Positions 36,502-46,105 of a DNA stretch of 55,848 nt are shown here, piece after piece. The notes under the pieces were generated by a model. The model worked only from the letters and a program-made list of their open reading frames with translations. It was not told the DNA's origin and searched no databases. Source of the DNA: a virus (lineage: Duplodnaviria; Caudoviricetes); IMG/VR virus record IMGVR_UViG_3300049020_000013, positions 1 through 55,848 of that record. The stretch is one strand, 5' to 3'. The position numbers were made by a program, and so were the translations under genes. Every line of letters starts with the position of its first letter. Position 1 is the first letter of the stretch.

Positions 36502-37622
36502 TGCGCCATGCTGTCGCCGCACTGCTGGCGGCTCTCTCTGCTGCCGCGTCGGCCGGTGTGATCGGTGGCCCGGCCGATGGTATGGGGCCAGCCATCACAG
36601 AGCACGGCCCCCTCGTCAATCGCTCGCTTGACCCTCCGCTGCACCAAGGGTGGGCCGAGATGCGCCAGCAGGACACGACGGAGAAGCCAGTGAGCGGCAG
36701 CATTGGGTCATTCCGCGCCGTCTGCTATCCGGCTTGGCTATCGCACAACGACCCGCTGAAGTTCCCGGGCCGCAAGGACGCGACGCACCTTCACATCGGC
36801 TTCGGCGCTGCGCTGGTTGACCAGAACACCACTGACCCGTCGATGCTGGCGGCCATGCCGAGCACGTGCCTTGGCGGGACGACGAACAGAAGCTCGTATT
36901 GGGCGCCCGCACTCATCGACACGCGAACCGGTGCGCCGGTGCGGCCAGCGCTGCTGATGATCTACTACAAGACCGGATACAACGGCATCAAGGCGAGCCA
37001 GGTGCGCACGATGCCGAACGGCCTGCGCATGATTGCCGGCAGTGCGACGAACGCCGAGAGGAAGGGCCCGGTACAGCATCGCTGCGATGGCGACGACCCA
37101 GCAACCGGGCTTCCGGTACCTGTGCCAGTCGGCGGTTGGTCGCAGGACATCCCGAACTGTCCAGTTGGTACGCGGCTGATCACCGAGATCTGGTTCGGCC
37201 AGTGCCTGCAAGTCGATGCCGATGGCAACCCGGTGCTGTCCAGCCCGGACCACAAGAGCCACGTATCTAGCACCGTCAGGCCGCCCAACGCCGCGCCGGT
37301 CGATCCGGTGACCGGCAAGCTCGTCACGCAGTACAGCGACGGCAAGTGGTGTCCGACGACCCACCCGTACCCCATCCCCGAGGTGCGCGCGGTCTTCTTC
37401 TACGACCCGGTGACCGAGCCAGACCAGACGGCCGGCTACCGCTACTCGTCGGACATGTACTACCGGGACGCGAACGGCAACGTCATCCCGGGCGGCAGAA
37501 GCGGGCACGTGGACTACATGAAGTGGTGGGACGAGGCGGCATGGTCCTCTGTGCTGCAGATGCTGCAGGCGAGCAAGGACGGGCATGCCCATCTCTTGGG
37601 CAATGGACGCAAGGTTTACTGA
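36498..37622 (+). CDS. Secreted DUF1996-domain protein
   Basis: Signal peptide; DPLKFPG...HLH..FG, STC...NRSSYWAPAL, YY, GLRMIAG, CPTTHPYPIP, HVDYM..WD. Confidence 0.8.
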   Translation: MMRHAVAALLAALSAAASAGVIGGPADGMGPAITEHGPLVNRSLDPPLHQGWAEMRQQDTTEKPVSGSIGSFRAVCYPAWLSHNDPLKFPGRKDATHLHIGFGAALVDQNTTDPSMLAAMPSTCLGGTTNRSSYWAPALIDTRTGAPVRPALLMIYYKTGYNGIKASQVRTMPNGLRMIAGSATNAERKGPVQHRCDGDDPATGLPVPVPVGGWSQDIPNCPVGTRLITEIWFGQCLQVDADGNPVLSSPDHKSHVSSTVRPPNAAPVDPVTGKLVTQYSDGKWCPTTHPYPIPEVRAVFFYDPVTEPDQTAGYRYSSDMYYRDANGNVIPGGRSGHVDYMKWWDEAAWSSVLQMLQASKDGHAHLLGNGRKVY

Positions 37623-37631
37623 GGTGATGCC

Positions 37632-38135
37632 ATGGACTTCGACGCAGCATTCGAGCGCCTCCTCGGGAACGAGGGCGGATTCACTCAGGACAGCCGAGAC
37701 CGAGGAAACTGGACCGGGGGCGAAGTCGGGAATGGCGTCTGCAAGGGCACCAAGTACGGCATCAGTGCGGCGGCATACCCGGGCGAGGACATTGAAGGGC
37801 TGACGCTGGAGCGCGCCCGCGAGCTGTACCGGCGCGACTACTGGGGCCAGGCCGGCTGCGATGCCGTGCCGCCCGCGCTCAAGTACGCCGTGTTCGACAT
37901 GGCGGTGAACAGTGGCGTGCGCGCCGCAGTTAAGGCGCTGCAGACGTCGGTTGGTGAGACGGTGGACGGGATCCTCGGCCCGCGCACGCTCCAGGCCATA
38001 CAGAGCATGCCGGCCGACCGCCTGCGGCTGCGGTTCGCCGCGAACCGGCTGCTGCTCCTGACCGAGGCGCACTCCTGGCCAGCGTATGGGCGGGGGTGGG
38101 TGCGTAGGGTTGCCAACGACGCGCTGGAGGCGTGA
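37632..38135 (+). CDS. Endolysin, glycoside hydrolase family 108 with PG-binding domain
   Basis: NEGG, DRGNWTGG, TKYGIS, FDMAVNSG, DGILGPRT, YGRGWVRR. Confidence 0.92.
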   Translation: MDFDAAFERLLGNEGGFTQDSRDRGNWTGGEVGNGVCKGTKYGISAAAYPGEDIEGLTLERARELYRRDYWGQAGCDAVPPALKYAVFDMAVNSGVRAAVKALQTSVGETVDGILGPRTLQAIQSMPADRLRLRFAANRLLLLTEAHSWPAYGRGWVRRVANDALEA

Positions 38136-38656
38136 TGGACTGGAAAGCAATCGTCGGCGCCGTCGCGCCGGCCCTCGGCACAGCGCTCGGCGGCCCGCTG
38201 GCCGGGCTCGCAGTGTCGACCATTTCCGATGCGCTGCTCGGCAAGCCGAACGGTACCGATGCGGAAATCGCCGTCGCGCTGAAGGCTGGCGGCCCGGACG
38301 CGCTACTGAAGCTCAAGGAGGCCGATCAGCACTTCGCCGTACGCATGCGCGAGCTTGACATCGACCTGGAGCGGATCAACCAGGCGGACCGGGGCAATGC
38401 CCGCGAGCGCGAGGCGAAAACCGGCGACAGGGCGACGCCTCGCGCGCTGGCCGGCATCATCGTCGGAGCGTTCCTTGGGATGGTCTGGTATGTGCTCAGC
38501 GGGCGCGTGGAGGGACTGAAAGACCCAGTGGCGGCCGGCATGATCGGGACGCTCATCGGCTACGTGTCCGCAAAGGCCGACCAGGTGGTGAGTTACTACT
38601 TCGGCAGCTCGTCCGGGTCGTCCGAAAAGACTGCGCTGCTGGCTCGTCGGCCGTGA
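38132..38656 (+). CDS. Holin-like membrane protein
   Basis: APALGTALGGP, DRGNARERE, two TM segments, YYFGSS. Confidence 0.7.
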   Translation: MMDWKAIVGAVAPALGTALGGPLAGLAVSTISDALLGKPNGTDAEIAVALKAGGPDALLKLKEADQHFAVRMRELDIDLERINQADRGNAREREAKTGDRATPRALAGIIVGAFLGMVWYVLSGRVEGLKDPVAAGMIGTLIGYVSAKADQVVSYYFGSSSGSSEKTALLARRP

Positions 38657-38666
38657 CCGAAGACGA

Positions 38667-38894
38667 CTACGCCGCCTTGAACTTCTCGCGGATGGTCTGT
38701 GCGAAATCCTCCCGCTCGATGTCGCGGGCATACGGCGGCGGCAACTGTTCGCACGCCTTCGCGCACTCCTCGGCGATCAGGGAGGCGAAGCGCGTAATTC
38801 CTGCCGCGTACAAGTCAAGCCCATGTTTCGGCGCCAAGCTCAGATCGCCAAGCCCAGCATCGTACGCCAGCCGCTCAACCAGTTCATTGTCCAT
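38667..38894 (-). CDS. Hypothetical protein
   Basis: RFASLIAEECAKAC is a common phage motif. Confidence 0.6.
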   Translation of the reverse strand: MDNELVERLAYDAGLGDLSLAPKHGLDLYAAGITRFASLIAEECAKACEQLPPPYARDIEREDFAQTIREKFKAA

Positions 38895-39072
38895 TCAGGC
38901 CCCCAATGACAGAAGAAGAGTATGCCGCCATCGAGCGCCGAGTGATCGACACCGACCCCCGGCCTGTCACCGCTGTCCCGACGCTGGATGTTGAGCGCAG
39001 GCAGGGGAAGACGGTGGAGGCCATCGCGCGGGCCATTCGTGGACAGGAACGTGCGGCGCCACCCGGGCATTT

Positions 39073-39281
39073 CCTGTCTAAAACTACCCGGCAGGTGATT
39101 CCGCCACGAGGCCAGTGATTCACGATCAGGTCCAATTCGTATTGGACAGTAGAGCCAGAAAACACCATATATATCAATAACTTAGGCAACGATACAGGCA
39201 TACTGCTGCATTACTGGAGTATGTTGCAACTCCTTGATATCGCTAACCTTTTTGTCCAACGTCTAACGCCTGTCTAAAACT
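39073..39281. other. attP: arm-type repeats flanking an AT-rich segment and a mutS-like core
   Basis: CCTGTCTAAAACT at 39073-39085 and 39269-39281, related TGTCCAA/CGTCTAA sites; minus strand 39223-39200 encodes HTPVMQQY; adjacent to the integrase 3' end. Confidence 0.8.
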
Positions 39282-40232
39282 TGGGCCGGTCACTTCCGGT
39301 GTTTCGCGCAGGCGAATGTAGCGCTCGGTCATGGCTGGGCTGGTATGGCCAAGCAACGCTTGCGCGTCATTTCCCTGGTGCTTGGTGTCGGTGCCCGACT
39401 TCGCGCGCAGGTCGTGTGGGGTGGCGTCTGCAATCCCGGCAGCCTCGCGCGCCTTGTGCCACTGCATCAGGACCGTTCGATAGTCCGGGGCCTTGCCGGT
39501 GCGCCCATGCAGCAGCGTCAGCGCCGTGACGTTCCCATAGAGTGTCTTGGCCCGGTCAACTGCCGCGCGCATCTCAGGTGTCCAGAGCACGCACAGCTTG
39601 GCGCCTGTCTTTTGCTGCTTGAACATGATGCCGCGCTCGGTGATGTCGCCCTTGCGGATGCGCAGCACATCGGTGATGCGCTGCCCGGTCAGGTAGAGCA
39701 GGTCCAGGATCACCTGCAATCGTGGTCCTGCGGCGTCACGGATGGCGAAAAACTCCTCGTCAGTGAGGTAGCGCTCCCGCTTGGCCTCCTCGTGCCGCTT
39801 GATGCCGATGCACGGGTTCGTGTCCACAAGCTGCCACTCGACGGCATAACCGAAGACCAGCCGCAGGAACGAGAGTTTCCGGTTGGTCATGTTCGGCGTG
39901 TCGGCGCCGGCCAGCTTGAGGGCAGCGACGTGCTTGGCCTTCACCTGCTCCGGTGCGAACTCGGCGAACGCCCGTTTGAGCGATTCCGCGGCAATGCGAT
40001 ACTGAGCGCGCGTGGCCGGCGCGACCTTCGGCGCGTGGTGCGAGTAGACCTTTTCGATCAACTCGGCCATGCCGCCTTTTGGGACGGCGATCCGGTTGGC
40101 ATAGTCCGCCAAAGCCTGGGCCATATCGGTTCCCAGGTCGTTCCACTTGCCGCCCTTGACGTACCAAAAGCGGCCGTGCTTGAAGTAGACGCACGGCGGT
40201 AGATGGCGATCCTTTTTTCTCGGGCGCGTCAT
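39243..40232 (-). CDS. int: Tyrosine integrase
   Basis: TGQRITD (R), QQKTG (K), HDLR, LLGH, Y. Confidence 0.95.
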   Translation of the reverse strand: MTRPRKKDRHLPPCVYFKHGRFWYVKGGKWNDLGTDMAQALADYANRIAVPKGGMAELIEKVYSHHAPKVAPATRAQYRIAAESLKRAFAEFAPEQVKAKHVAALKLAGADTPNMTNRKLSFLRLVFGYAVEWQLVDTNPCIGIKRHEEAKRERYLTDEEFFAIRDAAGPRLQVILDLLYLTGQRITDVLRIRKGDITERGIMFKQQKTGAKLCVLWTPEMRAAVDRAKTLYGNVTALTLLHGRTGKAPDYRTVLMQWHKAREAAGIADATPHDLRAKSGTDTKHQGNDAQALLGHTSPAMTERYIRLRETPEVTGPSFRQALDVGQKG

Positions 40233-40420
40233 AGTCGCAGCTTCGGTTCCCTGGCCTGGACTGTAGCGCCGCGCTCCACGTCGGAGCGCAGGACGACGAC
40301 GCTTCCATCCGGGCGGACCCGGAAGAAGATCCCGAGGCCCTTCAGCACGCGCTGCTGGGCGTCTGTTCGGCGCTTGCCAGTTAGCTCCGACACTTCAGCG
40401 CGCGTCAGTATCAAGCTCAT
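40229..40420 (-). CDS. DUF4224-like excisionase candidate
   Basis: LTRAEVSELTG...Q...L...GI.F..RPDG; overlaps the integrase start. Confidence 0.8.
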   Translation of the reverse strand: MSLILTRAEVSELTGKRRTDAQQRVLKGLGIFFRVRPDGSVVVLRSDVERGATVQAREPKLRL

Positions 40421-40460
40421 CTTCCCGACTCCTGGGGCTACTCTATTGGGGGTGGTGGGG

Positions 40461-40916
40461 TCACGTCATTCCATTGGCACGCAGCCCCAGCGCGTCCAAA
40501 TCCCAGATGCCGGCTTTCTGGATGCGTTCATAGACTGGTTTCTGCGGCAGCATGTTGTTGCGCTTGCAGGCCCACACGGCCGTGCCCCATACCGGATCCT
40601 TCCGATAGTGGTCGTACACGTCCTTCAGCTCGTTGAGGTTGATGGTCTCGGCGTCAGCGCAACCCCACGCGAAAACGTCGTTGGTATTGACGTTTAGGCT
40701 TGGGCGCTTTCGTGCCTCCTCAGGCCAATCCTTCTCCCACCAGTGGCTGTTCAGAAAGATGACGTTATTGATCAGCAGTAGCGCGAGGGCCGCCTCAGCT
40801 GTGAACTTCAGCTCGGTGGGCGGCATGTCTGGGAACGTTTTCTGGTCCCACTTCATTTCCCAGTAAACGTCGGAATCCTCGATGGTCCGCTCGATCTCTT
40901 GTGTGCTGCTGCTCAC
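40461..40916 (-). CDS. Hypothetical protein
   Basis: 151-aa ORF in the early-left operon. Confidence 0.65.
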   Translation of the reverse strand: MSSSTQEIERTIEDSDVYWEMKWDQKTFPDMPPTELKFTAEAALALLLINNVIFLNSHWWEKDWPEEARKRPSLNVNTNDVFAWGCADAETINLNELKDVYDHYRKDPVWGTAVWACKRNNMLPQKPVYERIQKAGIWDLDALGLRANGMT

Positions 40917-41428
40917 GCTTCATCTCCTGTAGGGGTGGGCGGGTTGAATTCAGTTTTGGAAGATCCGCTCATCTCGCTTGGCTGCCCACCTGGCGCGACG
41001 GTGGGGCCACTGTCCGGCAACAGCGCAAGCAGCGCTTCCGCAGCTCGGAGCCGGTAGTCCTTGTCCTTCGAGAGCCGCATGGCGACCTCGCCGATGCCTG
41101 TGTGCAGCCTCTCCACCTCTTGCTGCAGGGCGGCGATCCGATCTCGATCCGTGCCAATCACTGCGCCGACTGCATCGGGCAGCGGTAGGTGCATGTAGTC
41201 TCGGCCGCACCACGCCTTGTATGTCGCGTCCACCTCTTGCTGTAGGGAGCGGATACGGGAGAGGGCGGCGGCATGGTCGGTGAGTGGCACCGGCTCAACG
41301 CCATACCGCCTGGCTTGGTCGAAGGCGGGCAAGTCGCTCGCGTGCGCCTGTACCCATTCCTCGCCACCAGACTTCCAGACAACAAGCTGCGCAAGCACCG
41401 GCAGGTCTACGCCTTCGGTTGTGCTCAT
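40913..41428 (-). CDS. Hypothetical protein
   Basis: MSTTEG start with coupled overlaps. Confidence 0.55.
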   Translation of the reverse strand: MSTTEGVDLPVLAQLVVWKSGGEEWVQAHASDLPAFDQARRYGVEPVPLTDHAAALSRIRSLQQEVDATYKAWCGRDYMHLPLPDAVGAVIGTDRDRIAALQQEVERLHTGIGEVAMRLSKDKDYRLRAAEALLALLPDSGPTVAPGGQPSEMSGSSKTEFNPPTPTGDEA

Positions 41429-41591
41429 AGAACCTCGTCCTCTACCTGAATCGACTTGCCGCTGCGGAGCGCGGTCCACACGAGCCTGAGCAGGCGCCAG
41501 AAGCCCATGAACTCGACACGCCCGCTGGGCCAATGAACCATCCATTCGGTGCTGGACTTGTTCAGCGTCACCCGGAATGCGACCCTCGTGC

Positions 41592-42065
41592 TCACTGCTG
41601 ACCTCCACCGGAGGCAGGTTCGGAGATACCGTCACCGGCCGCGGCAGGGCGTTTGCCATCTGCGCTGAGCGGATCTCCTGAATGTGTTTTGGGCTCGGGC
41701 GGTGATGCTGCTGGGGGCTGTGGAGCGGCGTAGAGCGGAATGGTGTAGTACCTGTCTTGCAGGTACATCGCATCAACGATCTGGCCTTCGGTGTTGGCTA
41801 TACCGAACGCAATGGGCTCCTGCTCTGTGCTGGTGGCTGGCTCCTGTGCAAGCGCACGCTCGGCGGCGGCAAGCATTGGTTGGACCGCCTCAATGAGTTC
41901 GCGCAGACCATCCCACCATTCCTCGGTGGTGCGGTACACATACGAAACCTCTCCGTCGGTTCGAATGCGCTGTCTGTCGCCAAAGAAAGGCGCGGCGGCG
42001 TACCGGGACAGTTCGGCCGCCTTTGCCAGCGCCTCCCTGCACGGGTCGGCTGTGGTGTCGGTCAT
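41592..42065 (-). CDS. Hypothetical protein
   Basis: QEP...IPLYAAP motif typical of early-left genes. Confidence 0.6.
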   Translation of the reverse strand: MTDTTADPCREALAKAAELSRYAAAPFFGDRQRIRTDGEVSYVYRTTEEWWDGLRELIEAVQPMLAAAERALAQEPATSTEQEPIAFGIANTEGQIVDAMYLQDRYYTIPLYAAPQPPAASPPEPKTHSGDPLSADGKRPAAAGDGISEPASGGGQQ

Positions 42066-42339
42066 GGTTGCTTGTCTCCGAACGGATTGCGCGGCGCAAC
42101 GGGCTCATCGGTCTCTGCCCACTGCGGGTCGAACTGTGCAAGCTGGTATCCGTGGGTGTGGCCAGCCATGAAACCCTGCTCCCATGCCCACGCTTGCTTG
42201 CGACGGATCACCTCAGCCAATGCGTCGTCCGCGGACTCAGACATTGCCGCCCTCCTTGGTGGTTGTCGGCATCCGTAGCTCTGCAACGAGTGGCTTGCCG
42301 CGCTTGTCGAACGCACCGGGGTACAGCTTTGCAAGCGTC

Positions 42340-42756
42340 TCAAACATGAGGCGGGAGCGGAGAGCCCGACGGCGAAGCCGGAGCGCCCAAGGAAGAGGGC
42401 TGTGCCGCCTGCTCGGCGCCCATGCAATGGAGCGCGCGCACTTGCGTGTCCGCGAGCCCACGCTCTCGTGCAGATGTGAGTGCATTGATCACAGTCTGAA
42501 TGCCATGCTGATAAATTGACATGTCACGGTCGTCAAACCGATAGCCTCCTCCGTAGTCGGTGCATCCGCTGGCAATCCGCAGGGCATCATCAAACGACAG
42601 TGCCGCCTGCTCGGGAGGGAGAGATGCGAGGCGATCCCGCAGGTACTCGGCGGCTTGGCAAGCCCTGTTCCGATCAGGTACAGATAGCGCCATGCCGTTG
42701 CCGATTGCCTGGATGAAGGCGATGACGAGCTCGTCGCGCTCTTCGGTGTTGCTCAT
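42340..42756 (-). CDS. Hypothetical protein
   Basis: 138-aa coupled ORF. Confidence 0.6.
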   Translation of the reverse strand: MSNTEERDELVIAFIQAIGNGMALSVPDRNRACQAAEYLRDRLASLPPEQAALSFDDALRIASGCTDYGGGYRFDDRDMSIYQHGIQTVINALTSARERGLADTQVRALHCMGAEQAAQPSSLGAPASPSGSPLPPHV

Positions 42757-43424
42757 GCCTTGTCCTTTCGAGCGGCGCGGATGGCGGCGCGGAGTCCGCC
42801 AGGGTGGCGCTTGCCGTCTTGCGTAACCCAGTTGTTGACCAACTCGAACAGCTCATCTGCATCCCAGTGCCGCTGCTCTAGCCAATCCAGTAGCGCCGCA
42901 TCCTCGTTCTCTGCTGCAGTGGAGGGCCGCGCAGGTACTGGCCCAGTCGTTTCACCGGCAGGAGACCCAGCCGGACCTGCGCGGCCCTTAACTTGTTCGC
43001 GATAGGTCAACTCTGCGGCCTGCATGGCCTGCTGTTTCGTCGCAAAGTCCAGCGCGAGCCGGGTCTTGCCGACCACCGCGTACCACGCGCCATTGCCGCC
43101 AAGCTCGACATTGCCAACCTCCGCAACGAGATGGCCCGCCCCGTCCACCAGCCAGTGAACGTAGAGCCGGCTCGGGTGGTCTTGCCACGCAGCGGCCGGT
43201 GCGGCAGATGGGGGAGTTGCGCGGCGGTTCCACTCGGCGCGGATTTCGGCCCAGGTGATTGGGCACAGGTCGCCAAAGCTGCCTCGGGTTCTCACGCCGC
43301 AGGATGAGCAGGCGACATAGCCCCACAGCACCATATCGGCGTCGTGCTCGGTGCATTGACCCGCCTTGCCGCCGCAGAACGGACATGGCGCCAGCGCGCG
43401 CTCCTGCGCTTGGGTGGTGCTCAT
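42753..43424 (-). CDS. Lar-like restriction-alleviation domain protein
   Basis: LAPCPFCGG...YVACSSCG...EWNRRA. Confidence 0.7.
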   Translation of the reverse strand: MSTTQAQERALAPCPFCGGKAGQCTEHDADMVLWGYVACSSCGVRTRGSFGDLCPITWAEIRAEWNRRATPPSAAPAAAWQDHPSRLYVHWLVDGAGHLVAEVGNVELGGNGAWYAVVGKTRLALDFATKQQAMQAAELTYREQVKGRAGPAGSPAGETTGPVPARPSTAAENEDAALLDWLEQRHWDADELFELVNNWVTQDGKRHPGGLRAAIRAARKDKA

Positions 43425-43526
43425 GCTGTCAGCCTCCCAGTACGTAGTAGATGAACGCGATGGCTATTGCCGCGCCGCATATCGGCATGACCACAAACTG
43501 GCCGATTGCCTGGATCAGTTCAACGC

Positions 43527-44546
43527 TCATGTCGGCTCCCCTGGTGCTTGGTTGGCGACAGATTCGTGTTCCAGGTACATGCGAATCCGATCAAGCTCCA
43601 GCGCGTCTTCCACGCTAGAAAAAGAGCGGTAATGGAGCTTCGTGTAGGCCCAGCGGAGAAGCTCGTGGACATACTGGAGGTCATCGCTCGACGGATCGGT
43701 CGTGGGCGCATCCCGCTCTACTGCTGGGGATGCTGCGCGCGCTTGCCATGCCCACCACGCAGCGTGGGTGCGCGTGTCGGCGTAAACCTCATGGCCATCG
43801 ATACACGTCGCGTTCGGTATCTTCTGGGTGCTATAGCCCTCACGCAAGCACCATGCTTCAAACGCATCGCGCTCGTTGGCCATGGGCGGCGCTTGGATGG
43901 ATGCTGATAGTGCGGCGCACTGGCGGCCGTACTCGATGCAGTCGGACAGCGTCACTAGCGGCACGCTGCGCTCGTCGGGGTTGACAACGGCAATGGAGTA
44001 GGCGTCCGCGAACGTCTCGCTGCGCTTGAATCGCTCCAGATCGCTCGGGTATATGTGCGCCGCAGCTTCGGGCAGCGCAGGCTCTGCGGCTTTGGTGTCG
44101 TGTGTCATGCCTTCCTCGCCTTCCGTTGTGCGCGTCGAGCCTTGCTGGCGGCCTTGGCCTTGGCGCGGTTCTTTGCGGTCTTCGATGCCTTCGTTGGGCT
44201 GCGCCATGGGGTCATCTTGGTTTCGGCCCACGGCCTGACATTGATCGGTGCCTCGTCTGTCGCCATGCCAAGCGCCATCGCAGCAGACGCTAGGTGCATC
44301 AGGGTCATGCATGTCCTTCGGTCTTGGGGCGAGGGCTGCACGCAGTTTTGGAATAAGGTCTTCCTCCCCGCGCTCGATAGCGCCAGTCAGCCCGCCATCT
44401 GTCGGGCCCCACTCGCCATCAATCTGCGCCCAGTCGTTTTCGATCCGCACAAGCGCCTCGCTCAACAGCGCGAGTAGCGCTCCACGCTCTCGGGCTAGCT
44501 CGTCTCGCTCTCGTGTTAGCTCTGCGATGAGTGCTTCGTTGTCCAT
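43527..44546 (-). CDS. Hypothetical mosaic protein (may be two genes; internal start at 44108)
   Basis: Open frame containing ERDAFEAW...AWQARAA. Confidence 0.5.
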   Translation of the reverse strand: MDNEALIAELTRERDELARERGALLALLSEALVRIENDWAQIDGEWGPTDGGLTGAIERGEEDLIPKLRAALAPRPKDMHDPDAPSVCCDGAWHGDRRGTDQCQAVGRNQDDPMAQPNEGIEDRKEPRQGQGRQQGSTRTTEGEEGMTHDTKAAEPALPEAAAHIYPSDLERFKRSETFADAYSIAVVNPDERSVPLVTLSDCIEYGRQCAALSASIQAPPMANERDAFEAWCLREGYSTQKIPNATCIDGHEVYADTRTHAAWWAWQARAASPAVERDAPTTDPSSDDLQYVHELLRWAYTKLHYRSFSSVEDALELDRIRMYLEHESVANQAPGEPT

Positions 44547-44621
44547 CGAAATCCCCTTTTGTTCATTTGCTCGCGGGTGTGGCTGACTCTCTGACGCGAC
44601 GGTCACCGTTCTGGAATCGCG

Positions 44622-44846
44622 CTACTTCTCGGCGAACGCGATCACATCCGCAGGCACGCTGCGTTTGGACTGAGAGGTGACCTGTAACTGCACCTTCACG
44701 GTTCGAAGGATTTCGCGCGCCTGAGCGGCGATGGCGTCCCCTTGCCCTGGCTGAACAACCCCGCTCTTCAGGCCGTTCAGCGTCTCCCACAGCGCAGACT
44801 TGAGGTTCGTGGCATTCAGGTCTGGGGTCTTGGTATCGGTGGTCAT
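44622..44846 (-). CDS. Hypothetical protein
   Basis: MTTDTKTP start overlapping the upstream stop. Confidence 0.55.
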   Translation of the reverse strand: MTTDTKTPDLNATNLKSALWETLNGLKSGVVQPGQGDAIAAQAREILRTVKVQLQVTSQSKRSVPADVIAFAEK

Positions 44847-45361
44847 AGTGCTCTCCGGCGCTGCTGCGCTTTGTTGATGGTCCCGTTGGCGAGTCTGATT
44901 TCGTAGTTGGTCGCGCGCTCGCCGATCTCGCGATCCAGGTCCTGCAAAACAAGGAATGCCTCGGCGAACTCGCCGAACTGCTTGCATGCGCGGTGGCGCC
45001 TGTCGTATTCGGCCTTCCATGCCTTGTATTCCGGGCGCCGGCAGTATTCGACGTGCAGGTGCATGCGCTCCTTGCGGATGGCAGCCTCCTTGATCGGGTC
45101 GCGCGTTCGCTGGTAGTACGCTCGCTTTTCAGCCTTGATGCGCTCGGCTAGTAACTCACGGCGGCGTGCGTCATAGGCCGCCTTGGCTGCCTTGCGCTCG
45201 GCTTCTGTCGGAGGGTTGGCGAGGCGCCTAGCGAGGCCGGCGCATATGCGATTGCAGAACATTGGCCGTCCCTCACGAAGGGCGCGGTTGATGTAGTTCT
45301 GGGCTTGCTGCACTTCGGCGCCGCAATACTTGCAGAGTGGTCTCATGTAGCGTTCTGGCAT
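44843..45361 (-). CDS. Hypothetical Zn-binding basic protein
   Basis: CKYC...FCNRIC. Confidence 0.6.
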   Translation of the reverse strand: MPERYMRPLCKYCGAEVQQAQNYINRALREGRPMFCNRICAGLARRLANPPTEAERKAAKAAYDARRRELLAERIKAEKRAYYQRTRDPIKEAAIRKERMHLHVEYCRRPEYKAWKAEYDRRHRACKQFGEFAEAFLVLQDLDREIGERATNYEIRLANGTINKAQQRRRAL

Positions 45362-45765
45362 CAGGTGGGTTGCGCGTCCGTCTCGGCAACAACGCCACGC
45401 GCCGCCGCAGTCGCAGTCAAGAAGTCCAGCCACTCGCTGAACCGGCGCTTGCCCATCTGGCTGGTGCGCATGCCAAGCAGCACAACGCCGCCGTTCAGTC
45501 CCATGGCCAAGCGAGCCGTCTCGTTCTGGAAAGCCGCGCTCAGCACGTCCTTCCACTCCTCTTTGCTCATGTGGACCATCTGCCCATTGACAGGCCACAT
45601 CAGCTGTTCGGCGAATGCCTGCAGAATCGGCCACTGAGCGCTGTTCTGCTCGACCGAGCGGGTTGGTTCGGCGATGGTCACACCGTAGCCTTCAGGGGCC
45701 TCGGCAACGGCTGCTAGAGCACGGCGGCGGGCCAGGGCATGCGATAGGACGAAGGAGCGCTTCAT
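45361..45765 (-). CDS. ninB: NinB/Orf family recombination mediator
   Basis: TRSVEQN...W...EEWKD...GL.GGVV.LG.RTSQM. Confidence 0.85.
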   Translation of the reverse strand: MKRSFVLSHALARRRALAAVAEAPEGYGVTIAEPTRSVEQNSAQWPILQAFAEQLMWPVNGQMVHMSKEEWKDVLSAAFQNETARLAMGLNGGVVLLGMRTSQMGKRRFSEWLDFLTATAAARGVVAETDAQPT

Positions 45766-45769
45766 CGAA

Positions 45770-46105
45770 TCAGCCCCCAGCCATCCGCAGAAGCGCCTTT
45801 GCGGCTTCGATATCCGCAACGCTGACACCATCAGGCATGCGATACGTGCTGGATACGGCTGTCTTGAATGCCCGCCATGCCTCCTCAGTGGCAACTTTCT
45901 TGCTCCATGCCTCCTCGCTTGCGTGCAAGCTGGCGTGCGACGAGTAACCACCAAAGTCAACATCCAGCGTGTCTTTCTTTGCCCGACGCCCATTACTGAG
46001 CATCAGCCATTTGCGGCCAACGCCTTCAACCGTCACGTACTCGCTGCGCTCGTACCGCGCGGTGGTCGCGTACCAGAGCCGGTCCCCCACCTTGATCTCG
46101 GTCAT
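45770..46105 (-). CDS. Hypothetical protein
   Basis: IKVGD...VGRKW. Confidence 0.6.
   Translation of the reverse strand: MTEIKVGDRLWYATTARYERSEYVTVEGVGRKWLMLSNGRRAKKDTLDVDFGGYSSHASLHASEEAWSKKVATEEAWRAFKTAVSSTYRMPDGVSVADIEAAKALLRMAGG

Noticed and set aside
38906-39118. 70-aa ORF beside attP
   Set aside because: It overlaps an arm-type repeat and has no recognisable motif, so its coding status is unsupported
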